Below are positions 40,196 to 52,126 of a DNA stretch of 64,000 nucleotides, piece after piece. The stretch is from the human T2T-CHM13v2.0 reference genome, Homo sapiens: contig CP086569.2 in NCBI GenBank assembly GCA_009914755.4, positions 4,160,001-4,224,000 of the forward strand. The letters are read 5' to 3'. Numbering within the stretch: position 1 is the stretch's first letter; the number at the start of each line of letters is the position of its first letter. The notes beneath the pieces were generated by a model, which saw nothing but the letters and a program-made list of their open reading frames with translations, did no database searches and was not told where the DNA came from. A program made the position numbers and the translations under genes.

Positions 40196-43100
40196 GTATT
40201 TGGTGACCAACGGAAGGAACTCTGAGTGGAGGTGGTCCTGACCTTTGACAAATCTCTTATGGGGGCTTGGTACCAGCTTGAGCTATCTTTATGGCTCAAA
40301 CCTATAAGACAATTTGCTGAGGCTTGGAAGCTACCCTCCCTCCAGAGGACCTCTAGTCTCCCAAAATTTGCTTGAAATCGACAGTTTATTTTGCTGTATA
40401 TCTCCTTCTCTGGAGTTTTACTTGCTTCCAACAATGAAGGCAAGATTTCCTGCTTCCATGAGGATGCAAAGCAGATAACTCTTTTCTGGAGTTTGAGCTC
40501 ACTTCTAAAAGGGAAGGCAAGTTGGAGGTTATTTTTTCTGCTTCTAGGATGGTAGAGAGCAGTCCTCAGCCTGAGACGCATCCCCATGTAAGTAGCTTAG
40601 TTGGGGTTTGGTCTCAGCTAAAGTTAAGATTAACAACCAGCTGGTCTTAATTTCTCATTACCATTACAGTGCTCAATCATTTCTTTGTTTTGCTTAACTG
40701 CTTTTTTTGTTGTTGTTGTTGTTACCTGTTTGTTTCTGTTTTGGTTGTTGTTTTCAGTCTTTTTCCCATTGGGTTTTACCAGCTCTATCTGACTTTATCA
40801 AATCTGAAGGAAAGTTCCAAATTATTGGGAAGAAGACATCTGAAGTGGCTAAATTTCTGCCAAAAAAAAAAAAAAAAAAAAAGTGGGGTGTGGAGGAAAA
40901 CGGCCAGCAAAAGAAATAAGGGAAGATTTATATTATGACTACTTAAGGGGCTTTATTTACATAACAAGGCCACCTTTTTGCTAGCCAAGCCAAACTGAAA
41001 GAGCAATGGCTGTTGCCCCATGCTGCAGTTCCATAGCTAAGGTTCTGGTTGCCCTTTTTTTTTTTTTTTGTCCACCAGGACAGCCTGTCTTGGTTCCTAA
41101 ATCAAGCCCTTTCTAGTTTGATACTCGTTACTTTTAAAATATTAGCAATTCGTTCTAGCTAAAATATAGCAAATAGATTTAAAAACATTTTTTAAAGGAA
41201 CGCAATGGTTAAAAGCCAGCTTAAAGTTAACATCCAAGATGTGTCTGTGTATGGGTGCATGTGTGTGTTTGTATTAAAAGGTCTTCATTTTTTTTCTTTT
41301 TCTCTCCTTGGACCTTGTCTTTTTTTTTGGAACAAAAGTTTTTTTCTTCTCAGCTGACTGAATTATGTTTCTCCATTTACTTCTGCTGTCTCTCCTTTCT
41401 CTTGCCACCCTCTGCTGCATGAGGGACCTAAAATAGTTTATAATAGCCTGGAATTTCTTAAAGAAAAAAAAAATGGGGGGAGATTGTGCCAGACTCCCTT
41501 TTGGGGCGTAACCTCTGTTTTTCTTTATGGTACTCCAAGTGTGTAAACAGACAAGTTTGGCTCAGATATTAAACTGCTTGTGTTAGCTGATTTTTGACTA
41601 AAATAGTTATTACAACAGAAGCTATTCTTGAGTTTTTAAAGAAGAGTGTAGTTTAGACACTTAAAAGTTTTTGTTTAAAATAATTTTTTTCAGTGCACTG
41701 TAAAAGCAACATGTGGTCTACCCTCATAATAATTCTCCCTTTTTGGAGCCCCAGGATTCAATGTGGGCTCTGCCTAGAGCTTAGGGATCCAATGAAAAGA
41801 TAGATAGTCCCTATCTAAAAACAAATGGGTCTCCTTATACAATCCTATATTTCTATAATTTCATGTTTGATTTGGCATCTATCTTTAATCTTTCTCTAGC
41901 ACCACAAGACTCTCTCTGTACTTTGAGATGTAAATTTTGCTATCTGATTTTTCACCAAAGAGTTCCTTTAATATGAACATTTAGGGCTATCTAGCTGACA
42001 ATTGCCTAGGGCAATAAAATAGGTTATCAAAAAATTGGAAATCTAAAATAGGAGAAAAAATAGAGGTCTAAATTTATAAGATCTACTTCTATCTACATGT
42101 CTAATACATCTGTGCATTTATGTGTCATGTATATGATGTTTCATACTAAAAATGTATAAAGAAGTTCTAATTAATTTGCTTACAAAAGCTTAAATCAAAT
42201 ACTTTGTCAGAAAAATAGAGGCTTTGAGCCTAATGCTTTTTAAAGTTCACATGACTTAAGTAAATCTTTATTAAATAAGCTGGTTTTTAGAATTTTTAAT
42301 GAAATAGAATTAGAAATGGCTTCAGAATTGTCAATGCACATTATTTATCTCTGCTATATATCAAAATTTGTCATGAGGTTTATAAAGCTATAAATGCAGC
42401 TCAAAAGAAAATTATACTTGTTTATGTAAAATTTAATAAATAACAGTTAATACTGTTTGGTTAATGAAAATAGCTAAATCCGGAGTTAACGGCAAAAAAA
42501 ATTATCTAAACTTAAATTTATTACTGAGGAAAACCTGAAATTCACAGGTTATAAACATAGACAACAAGGAAATAACTTTAAATAATTATCCCAGTTTTCA
42601 TAAGTAATCTGGGTAAACTATTTTTAAAAACTAATTAATTAGGTAAATGTAATGGAATAAATGCTTTTAGATAATCTTGCCTTATAATTTAAAATCTAAA
42701 GTTACATTAAGATAAATAATAGATATTCATTCAATGTCTAGGCCATTTGTATTTTTATGTAACAGAACACAGTTGGAGAAACTGGTTATTTTACCAAGGT
42801 TTTGACTGGAATAGAGTGCTTTCTTCTAAGGAATCAAACTTGACTTATAGAGCCAATAAAAGCCCCTTGAGAAATCTGGCCTTATACCTTGTCTACACAG
42901 TCCCTGTACAGGGCTCCTTATCTGTACTAAGTAAAGAATGTCACTTTCTGACAGGCCTGGGAGCTCCAAATTATCTTGGGATCTCAAGAGCAGAGGAATT
43001 TACCCGACTCATAGGTATTTGATGTTACAAAGCCATGGCTTGGCTCGACTTTAAAAAAGTTTTATCTGAGATTTCTTCTATGGAACGAAGTTTCATCAAA

Positions 43101-43738
43101 GCCAATTTTTAAAAAGCCCATTTAAAAAATAATTATTCTTCCTGCACTTTTCTATAATCAGACCAAGTATAATAAAGCAAGTAAAATAGAATTGAAAAAT
43201 GGGAAACTGAAGAGAGAAAAATTATGTTTCAAAAACTATAGCAAACTTGTTAGATTCTAGTCTTGCCTAATGTTTTTACATTTTTATTATTTTGTACAGT
43301 TTGGACTGAATTCTAATTTTTCCTGGCTATAAGTCTCCAAAATAACATTTTTATATTTTTTCCTTCTTTCTTTTCTTTTCCCTCAATTTTTTTCTAATTT
43401 GAAATCATTGAATATTAAGCTGTGCTTTCTTAAATCCCTGCAAACAGAAGCCATACAACTTAAACTGCAGAAGAAAATAACAGCAACCTATTTACATGTA
43501 TAAGCCACTTTTATACCTACCTACTAATGTATGGCAGAGTAATATGGCCTATATCAACTTTCCAGGATTTCTATTTTTTGTTCATTTTTTTTTCTCTCTT
43601 TCTCCCTCTATTATCTCTTCCTAGAACATTGGACTTCACAACCTGCTAAAAATGAGTTTGTCTAATAACATGGGACCTACCCATCTAGAAATAAACCACC
43701 CTGGCCATGAGAAATAAGAGGAAACCTGAGACCAGAGA

Positions 43739-43740
<2 letters not shown>

Positions 43741-43785
<45 letters not shown>

Positions 43786-43790
43786 TTTCT
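43741..43790 (+). repeat. Pure (A)50 tract, candidate poly-A tail of a retroposed sequence
   Basis: Fifty uninterrupted A residues, preceded by GAAATAAACCACCCTGGCCATGAGAAATAAGAGGAAACCTGAGACCAGAGAC. AATAAA lies 68 nt upstream and AATAAG 43 nt upstream. Confidence 0.9.
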
Positions 43791-43817
43791 CTGAAACACT
43801 TTATAAAGGGGAGAAAT

Positions 43818-44269
43818 ATAAAAGGAAAATGAATCTTGGGCCTCAAAATAACTACACTAAAGGGAAAAGTCAGACTGGAAACTGCTTAGGGCAAATCTGA
43901 CTCCCATTCTATACAAAGTCACCCCTCTGCTCACTGAGATAAATGCATATCTGATTGCCTCCTTTGGAAAGGCTAATCAGGAAATCAAAGAAATGCAACT
44001 GTTTGTCCTTCACCCACTTATGACCTGGAAACCCCAGCCCTGCTTTGAGTTGTTCCACCTTTCTGGGCTGAACCAATGTACAACTTATATATGTTGATTG
44101 ATGTCTTATGTCTCCCTAAAAATGTATAAAACCAAGTTGTGCTCTTATCACCTTGGGCACATGTCACTGGGACCTCCTGAGGCTGTGTCATGGGCACATG
44201 TCCTTAACTTTGGCAAAAGAAACTTTCCAAATTGACTGAGAACTGTCTCAGATATTTTGAGTTCACAAT
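43818..44269 (+). mobile_element. LTR-like repeat, copy E
   Basis: AAAAGGAAAATGAATCTTGGGCCTCAAAATAACTACACTAAAGGGAAAAGTCAGACTGGAAACTGC...TTTGGCAAAAGAAACTTTCCAAATTGACTGAGAACTGTCTCAGATATTTTGAGTTCACA. Collinear with copy D. Confidence 0.55.
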
Positions 44270-44505
44270 GTCAATTGCCAACTTTTTAACGGCATTATTT
44301 GTTTTTTTCTTGCTAATTTGTTAAAGTTTCTTGTAGATTCTGGACACTAGTTCTTTGTTTACCATATAGTTTGCAAATATTTTCTCCCATTCTGTGTGTT
44401 GTCTGTTTTTTTCTGATGATAATTTCTTTGGCTTTGCAGAAGCTTTTTAATTAAATTTGGTCCCACGTATTTATTTTTGTTTTTGTTGCATTTGCTTTCA
44501 GGGGC
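44270..44505 (-). mobile_element. L1 ORF2 C-terminal fragment, antisense; left flank of the MaLR insertion
   Basis: ...TTAACGGCATTATTTGTTTTTTTCTTGCTAATTTGTTAAAGTTTCTTGTAGATTCTGGACACTAGTTCTTTGTTTACCATATAGTTTGCAAATATTTTCTCCCATTCTGTGTGTTGTCTG.... Confidence 0.75.
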
Positions 44506-44910
44506 TGATATGGTTTGAGTCTGTGTTCCCACCAAATCTCATGTCAAATTGTAATCTCCAGTGTTGGAGGCATGAATGGATTAACATCACCCTTTCAGTG
44601 CTACTCTTGTGATAGTGAGTGAGTGTTGAGTGAGTGAGTGAGTGAGTGAGTGACTTATTGGATGATCTGGTAATTTAAAATCATGTAGTCCCTCTTCCCT
44701 CCCTCTCTTTCTCCTGCTTCAGCCATGAGAAGTGCTGGCTTCCCCTTCACTTGTCACCATGATTGTAAGTTCCCTGAGGCTTTCCTAGAAGATTATGCTG
44801 CCATGATTTTATACAGCTTGCAGAACCATGAGTCAATTAAACCTCTTTTCTTTATAAATTACCCAGTCTCAGGTATTTCTTTATGACAATGCAAGATTGA
44901 ACTAATAAAG
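44506..44910 (+). mobile_element. ERVL-MaLR 5' LTR (MST/THE1-type) carrying an internal (GAGT)n
   Basis: TGATATGGTTTGAGTCTGTGTTCCCACCAAATCTCATGTCAAATTGTAATCTCCAGTGTTGGAGG...CACCATGATTGTAAGTTCCCTGAGGC...CTCTTTTCTTTATAAATTACCCAGTCTCAGGTATTTCTTTATGACAATGCAAGATTGAACTAATAAAG. Confidence 0.7.
44615..44653. repeat. (GAGT)n microsatellite within the MaLR LTR
   Basis: gagtgagtgagtgttgagtgagtgagtgagtgagtgagtga. Confidence 0.9.
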
Positions 44911-44988
44911 GAAATTGGTACCAAGGAGTGTGGCATTGCTATCAAGATACGTGAAAATGCAGAAGCAATGTTGGAATTATGTAACAGT

Positions 44989-45346
<358 letters not shown>

Positions 45347-47375
45347 CTAGAGACTGCTTAAACTGGGATCAAAATGCTGATGGTAATATGGACCGTGAAA
45401 GCCAGGCTAAGGAGGTCTCAGATGAAGATGAGGAACTTTTTGAGAACTGGAGCTAAGGTCACTTTTGTTATGCCTTAGCAAAGAAGCTGAAGGAATTTTG
45501 CCCCTGCCCTAGGATTTTGAGAAACTTTGAACTTGAGAGAGTTGAGATAGATGATTTAGTGTATTGGGTGGAAGAAATTTCTGAGCAGCAGAGTGTCCAA
45601 AATGTGACCTGGCTGCTTCTAACCACCTAAGTTTATACATGTGAACAGACAAATGGCCTGAGACTGGAACTTATATTTAAAAGGGAAGCAGAGGATAAAA
45701 GTTTGGAAAATTTGCAGCTCACTTAGGTGATAGAAAAGAAAAGCCAATTTTCAGGGGAGTAATTCAAGCAGGCTGTAGAAATCAGCATAACTAAAAGGAA
45801 GGCAAGCAGTTATATCTAAGACAATGGGGAAAAGGCCAACAAAGCGTTTCAGATTCCTTCATTGCAGCCCCTTTAATTACATGCCCTGAGACTTAGGAGG
45901 GAATAATGATTTCCAGGGCTGGTCCCAGGGCCCCACTGCCCTATGCAGCCTCAAGACACTGTTCCCTGCATGCTAGTTACTTCAGTTCCAGCCATCCAGC
46001 CATAGCTCAAAGGAGTTCAGGTAAAACTCAGGGTGCTGCTTCAGAGGGTGCAAGCCATAAGCCTTGGCAGCTTTCATGTGGTGTTGAAGCCTGTGGGTGC
46101 ACAGAGTGCAAGAGTTGAGAATTTGGAGCCTTCACCTAGATTTCAGAAGATGTATGGAAAAGCCTGAATGTCTAGGCAGAAGCCTGCTGCAGTGGCAGAG
46201 CCTTATGGGCAACCTCTAATAAAGAAGCATTAAGGGGAAATGTAGGGTTGTATCCCCTACCTGGAGTCCCCACTGAGGCATTGCCTAGCAGAGATGTCAA
46301 AAGAGGACCAGCATCCTCCAGATCCCAGAATGGTTGATATGCTGGCAGCTTGCACTGTGCTTCTGGAAAAGCTGCAGAGCCTGTAAGAAGCAGCTGTGGG
46401 GGCTGAACCTGGAAATTCACAAGTGTGGGGCTGTCCAAGGCCTTGGGAGCACACCCTTTGCACCAGTATGCCCTGTATGTGAGACATGGAGTCAAAGTGT
46501 TACCAGGAGGTCCTTGCTCCCAGAGCTCCCAAGATGGCGGTGGGTCACTTCCAAAATGGCCACGGGCCACTTCCAAGATGGTAGCAAGCCTCGTGTTCTC
46601 TGACATGGGGTTCTTGGCCTCACGGATTCCAACGAAAGAAATCTTGGGCCATGCAGTGAGTGTTATAGCTCTATTAGAAGCTGTGGGTCACGGAAGAGAA
46701 CCGTGGAACCCAGTGACTAGTGTTCAGCTTGATTAGAATGAACCCGGGCACTTAGCAGTGCAGGAACAATGGCAAGCCTTTAGCCCAATCAGAAGCAGCA
46801 ATGGGCGCCTCACTGGATCAGGAGCACAGTGAACACCCTGCCTCATCTGGACGGATGGAAGTCAGCGGTGGGTCTGCGAGGGCAGCAAACAGCAGTGGTG
46901 GACAGCGAGCGAAAGCTCAGCTTAAGCCGTAACAAACACGGACCAGAAGAGTGCAGTTGCAAGATTTAATAGAGTGAAATAGAGTGAAAACAGCTCTCAT
47001 ACAAAGGGAGGGGACCCAAAGAGGGTAGCTGTTGCGGGCTTGAATGCCTGGGTTTATGTCCCAATCATTGTCCCTCCCACTGTGCTCTCAGGTGATAGAT
47101 GATTGGCTATTTCTTTACCTCCTGTTTTTGCCTAATTAGCATTTTAGTGAGCTAGATTATTTTGGAGCTTTAAGGTTTAATGACTGCCCTGTTGGGTTTT
47201 GGACTTCATGGGTCCTGCAGCTCCTTTCTTTGGCCAACTCTTCCACTTTAAAATGGAAGTATCTATCAAATGCTTGTATCACCATTGTATCTTGGAAGTA
47301 AATAACTTGTTTTTGATTTTAGAGGCGTATAGGTGGAAGACACTTGTCTTATCTCAGATGAGACTCTTTTCACTC

Positions 47376-47769
47376 GCGTCCATGTGAAGAGACCACCAAA
47401 CAGGCTTTGTGTGAGCAACGAGGCTGTTTATTTCACCTGGGTGCAGGTGGGCTGAGTCCAAAAAGAGAGTCAGCAAAGGGAGATAGGGGTGGGGCCGTTT
47501 TATAGGATTTGGGTAGGGAGTGGAAAATTACAGTCAAAGGGGGTTTTTCTCTGACTGGCAGGGGCAGGGGACACAAGGTGGTCAGTAGGGGAGCTTTTGA
47601 GCCAGGATGAACCAGGAGAAGGAATTTCACAAGGTAATGCCATCAGTTAAGGCAGGAACAGGCCATTTTCACTTCTTTTGTGATTCTTCAGTTACTTCAG
47701 GCAATCTGGATATACACATGCAGGTCACAGGGGATATGATGGCTTAGCTTGGGCTCAGTGGCCTGATAA
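47376..47769 (-). mobile_element. Solo LTR7 (HERV-H LTR), slightly shorter copy, inserted in the MaLR internal region
   Basis: The reverse complement matches the LTR7 consensus: ...GTGAAATAAACAGCCTCGTTGCTCACACAAAGCCTGTTTGGTGGTCTCTTCACATGGACGCGAGTGAAA at the left end and TATCAGGCCACTGAGCCCAAGC at the right end. Flanks ACTCT and ACTTT may be a degraded 5-bp target-site duplication. Neither side carries HERV-H internal sequence. Confidence 0.85.
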
Positions 47770-47896
47770 CTTTAAACTTTAGACTTTTGAGTTAATGCTG
47801 GAATGAGTTAAGATTCTGGGGAACTGTTGAGGAGGAATAATTGTATTTTGAAATGTGAGAAGGACAGGAGATTTGGAGAGGCCACAGTCAGAATAA

Positions 47897-48307
47897 TAAG
47901 GTTTGGATCTGTGTTTCCCCAAATCTCATGTCTAATTGTAAGCCCCAGTTTTGAAGGTGGGACCTGGTGGGAGGTGACTGGATCATGGGGGCAAAGTTCT
48001 CATAAATTGTCTAGCACCATTTCCTCAGTGCTGTTCTTATGATAGGGAGTGAGTTATTATGAGATCTGCTTGTTTAAAAGGGTGTAGCACCTCTTTGCTT
48101 TCTTCCTCCTACTCCAGCCTTGTGTTGTGCTGGCTCCCATTTCAACTTTTTCCATGAGTGTAAGTTCCCTGAGGTCTTCCCAGAAGCTGATGTCACCATG
48201 CTTCCTGTACAGTATGCAGAACCAAGAGCCAATGAGGCCTCTTTTCTTTATAAATGTTCTGGCCTCAGGTATTTCTTTATCACAATGGGAGAAGAGACTA
48301 ATACAGG
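47897..48307 (+). mobile_element. ERVL-MaLR 3' LTR (MST/THE1-type)
   Basis: AAGGTTTGGATCTGTGTTTCCCCAAATCTCATGTCTAATTGTAAGCCCCAGTTTTGAAGGTGGGACCTGGTGGGAGGTGACTGGATCATGGGGGC...CCATGAGTGTAAGTTCCCTGAGG...CTCTTTTCTTTATAAATGTTCTGGCCTCAGGTATTTCTTTATCACAATGGGAGAAGAGACTAATACAGG. Confidence 0.7.
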
Positions 48308-48494
48308 AAATTGGTCATGAATTCTCTGCTTAGGCCAATATCCAGAAGAGTTTTTCCAAGGATATATTCTAGAATTGTTATGGTTTCAGGTCTTAGATTT
48401 ACATCTTTCATTCATCTTGAGTTGATTTTTGTATAAGGTGAAAGATAGGTATCCAGTTTCATTCTTCTACATGTGGCTAGCCAGTTTTCTTTTG

Positions 48495-48811
48495 TCTTTC
48501 TTTGTTTTTTTGTTTGTTTGTTTCTGAGATGGAGTCTTGCTCTGTTGCTCAGGCTGGAATGTCGTGGCATGATCTTGGCTCACTGCAACCTCTGCCTCCC
48601 AGGATCAAGCAATCCTACCGCGTCAGCCTCCTAAGTAGCTGGGATTACAGGCACATGCCACCACACCCGGCTAATTTTTTATATTTTTAGTAGAGACAGG
48701 GTTTCACCATGTTGGCCAGGCTGGTCTCGAACTCCTGATCCCAGGTGATCCACCTGCCTCAGACTCCCAAAGTGCTTGGATTACAGGTGTGAGCCACCGC
48801 ACCCAGGCTGG
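48495..48811 (-). mobile_element. Alu (antisense) with target-site duplication AGTTTTCT
   Basis: T-rich run then GAGATGGAGTCTTGCTCTGTTGCTCAGGCTGGAATGTCGTGGCATGATCTTGGCTCACTGCAACC...GTGCTTGGATTACAGGTGTGAGCCACCGCACCCAGGCTGGC. Confidence 0.9.
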
Positions 48812-49254
48812 CTCGTGAGTTTTCTAAGCACAATTTATTAAATAGAATGCCTTTTCTCTATTTTATGTTTTTGTATGTTATATCAAATATCAGTTGTTTA
48901 TAAGTATCTGACCTTATTCCTGAGTATTCTCTTCTGTTTCACTGGTCTGTGTGCCTACTTTTATAAAAGTATCATGCTATTTTGGTAAATACAGCCTTGT
49001 AATATAACTTGTAGTCTGGTTGTGTAATATTTCCAAATATGTTCTCTTTCCTTAGCATTCCTTTGCCTATTAAGGCTCTTTTTTGATTCCATATAAATTT
49101 TAAGATTGTTTTGTCTAGTTCTGTAAAAAATAATGTTGGTATCTTGATGGAAATTGCATTTAATCTGTAGATTGCTTTGGGCAGTGTGGTGATTTTCAGA
49201 ATATTGATTGAGTTTCTATCCATGAGCATCAGATGCATCTACATTTGTTTGTGT

Positions 49255-49570
49255 CATCTTTTTTTTGTTTTGTTTTGTTTTTGAGATGGTGTCTCATTCT
49301 GTCGCCCATGTTGGTGTGCGGTAGCATGATCTTGGCTCACTGAAACCTCCGTCTCCTGGGTTTAAGTGATTCTCCTGCCTCAGCCTCCTGAGTAGCTGGG
49401 ACTACAGGCGTGTGCCACCATGCCCGGCTAATTTTTTGTAGTTTTAGTAGAGACAGGGTTTCACTGTGTTAGCCCAGATGGTCTTGATCTCCTGACCTCG
49501 TGATCTGTCTGCCTCATCCTCCGAAAGTTCTGGGATTACAGGCGTGAGCCACTGTGCCCAACCTGTCATC
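49255..49570 (-). mobile_element. Alu (antisense) with target-site duplication TGTCATCT
   Basis: TTTTTTGTTTTGTTTTGTTTTTGAGATGGTGTCTCATTCTGTCGCCCATGTTGGTGTGCGGTAGCATGATCTTGGCTCACTGAAACC...CTGGGATTACAGGCGTGAGCCACTGTGCCCAACC. Confidence 0.9.
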
Positions 49571-52126
49571 TCAGTTTTCTTCCAGCAATGTTTTGTATTT
49601 CTCCTTCTACAGATTCTTCACTTTCTTGTTTACTTATATTCCTAGATATTTTTATATTTTTTCAGCTATTGTAAAAGAGACTTCTTGATTTGATTTTCAG
49701 CTTGGTCACTGTTGGTGTATAGCAGTGCCATTGATTTGTGTACATTGATTTTACATCCTGTGACTTCACTATATTTGTTTATCGAATCTAGGATTCTTTT
49801 GGAGGAATCTTTAGGGTTTTATAGGTATAAAATTATATCATTAGCAAATGGCGATAGTTTCACTTTCTCTTTTCCAATTGGGATGCCCTATGTTTTTTAT
49901 CCTGCCGGATTGCTCTGGCCAGAACTTCCAGTACTCTGTTGAACAGAAGTGGTCTAAGTGGGTATCCTTTTCTTATTCCAGTTCTTAGGGTAAATCATTA
50001 TATTCAGTGTGATGTTGGCTGTGGGTTTGTCATATATGGCTTTTATTATTTTGAGATAAGTTCATTCTATGCCTAGTTTGTTGAGTGTTTTTATCATAAA
50101 GTGATACAAGATTTTATGGTGCTTTTTCTGCTTATATTTAGATAATTGTATAATTCTTTTTAGTTCTGTCTATGTGATGTGTCACATTTGTTGACTTGTG
50201 TATGTTAAGCCATCCTTGTATGCCTGAGATGAAACATAATTGATCATGGCATATTATCTTTTTGGTGTGCTGTTGGATTAGGTTAACTAGTATTTCTTTG
50301 AGAATTTTTGCATTTATGTTCATGAAGAAAATTTGTCTGTAGTTTCCTTTTTTTGTTATGCTCACTACTGGTTTAGGTATGAGGGTGATACTGGGTTCAT
50401 AGAATAACTTAGAGAAGATTACCTCTTTCTCAATCCTTTGGAATAGTTTCAGTAGAATTGGTACTAATTCTTCTTTGAGTGTCTGATAAAATGTAGCTCT
50501 AGATTTATCTGGCCATGGGCTTATTTTTTTCTTGGCATTTTAAAAAAATTACTGATTAAATCTTGCTGCTTGTTATTGGTTTGTTCAGGGTTGCTATTCT
50601 TTCCTCCTTTATTCTAGGAGGGTAGTATGTTTCCAGGACTTTATCTATTTCCTCTAGATTTTCTAGTTTGTGTACATAGAAATGTTCACAGTAGTCTTGA
50701 ATGGTCTTTTGTATTTCTATATTATGTTGGTTGTATGTATTTCTATATTGTGTTGATATTGTATGTTGGCTGTAAAGTCTCCAGTTTCATTTCACTATAG
50801 CTCATTTGAAATTCTCTTATATATTGGTTAATCTAGCCAACGGCTTATCAATTTTGTTTCTTTTCAAAGAAGCAGCTTTTTGTTCTATTGATCTTTTGGG
50901 ATTTTTTGTTTTAATTTCATTTAGTTCTGCTCTAATCTTTATTTCTTTTCATATGTTAGCTTTGGATTTGTTTTGCTCTTGTTTCTCTAGTTTCTTGAGG
51001 TGTGAAATTAGGTAGTCAGTTTGTGTCCTTTCAGACTTTTTGATGTAGGCATTTAGCACTGCAAATGCTCTTAGCAGTGCTTTTGCTGTTTTGTAGGGAT
51101 TTTCATAACTTTTGTCACTATTATCATTCATTTTGATGTTTACATTTTTAAATTTTCATCTTGACATTATTGTTAACCTAAAAATTATTTAGGAGGAGAT
51201 TGTTTAATTTCCATGGATTTGTGGTTTCTTTTGGAGTTGATTTTTTATTCTATTTTACTGTGGTCTGAGAAGATATTTGATATAATTTTAATTTTTTAAA
51301 ATTTATTGAGACTTGTTTTGTGGCCAATCATATGATGTATCTCAAAGAATGTTCTATGTGCTGATGAGAAGAATTCATATTCTGTAGCTCTTTGATAGGA
51401 TATTCTGTAAATATGTGTTAGGTTCTGTCTCAGATACTTTTCAGTTTACACTAGCTAATATTGGCAACAATATTGTTTTGAGTGTTGTTTATATATGTAG
51501 TCATAAAGCTCACAGCTCACATTTATTTGGGGGAATATGTATTTTTTTCATTAAACACACGAAATATAAACAATGAAAATTTATTTTAATATTGATACAT
51601 CTTGAATTTCATAATGGGGCAGAATAAGTTAGGTTAGATGGCAATACTGACTGGATCCCTTGTTTGAAGCCCTGCAGGCTCCATCCCTAGCACCCTTCTG
51701 TGTCAGCACCTAACTCTTTTGCAAGATAAGCAGTCCCACAGGATACCAGCAGAGTGCAAGATAGTTACAAGGTTCTGATACCTGATATAGGTCCAGGAAA
51801 AAGAACAAAAACTCCTTATTCCTGATGTATCTTCTCCAATATCCAGCCAATCTGCACAAGAATCCCAAGAAATTAATAGCTACAAATTTCTGCCTTGGAG
51901 CTAAGAATTTTCTTTTTCTTTCTTTGTCCTACTTGCTCAGGTGGGCTCAAGGTTTAGCTTATAGTGACTGTTTTCTCATTTTAACAGTAAAACACACCTT
52001 TACGTGCAGGTTTTATATGCTAATAACACATGTGATGTATGTTAGAGTTTGTAGATGCTGAGTGCATGTGCCAACTGCAGATCTGCCTTTGCATAGCTTA
52101 CCTCACCAGTATTTTATAAATATGTA

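Larger units (their letters stand above)
48340..51490 (-). mobile_element. Old L1 (ORF2 region), antisense. It is the same element as the 44270-44505 fragment and is split by the MaLR insertion and by two Alus.
   Basis: The L1 antisense sequence at 44505 (...TTGTTGCATTTGCTTTCAGG) continues at 48340 (...CAATATCCAGAAGAGTTTTTCCAAGGATATATTCTAGAATTGTTATGGTTTCAGGTCTTAGATTTACATCTTTCATTCATCTTGAGTTGATTTTTGTATAAGGTG...). Antisense ORF2 motifs run throughout, for example GTGATGTTGGCTGTGGGTTTGTCATATATGGCTTTTATTATTTTGAG. Confidence 0.75.

Noticed and set aside
40189-40587. 132-aa ORF on the minus strand in apparently unique sequence next to LTR-like copy D
   Set aside because: There is no recognisable domain, no splice or start context, and the ORF begins inside the end of the LTR-like element (40195). 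A single short ORF in non-repeat DNA is insufficient evidence for a gene. A transcriptome BLAST would be needed.
46172-46606. 144-aa ORF on the minus strand, with overlapping 76-, 89- and 103-aa ORFs
   Set aside because: They lie entirely inside the MaLR internal region (sense element 44911-47896), which is decayed ERVL-MaLR gag-like sequence. There are several overlapping frames on both strands and no start context. This is the pattern expected from repeat-derived open frames, not a gene.
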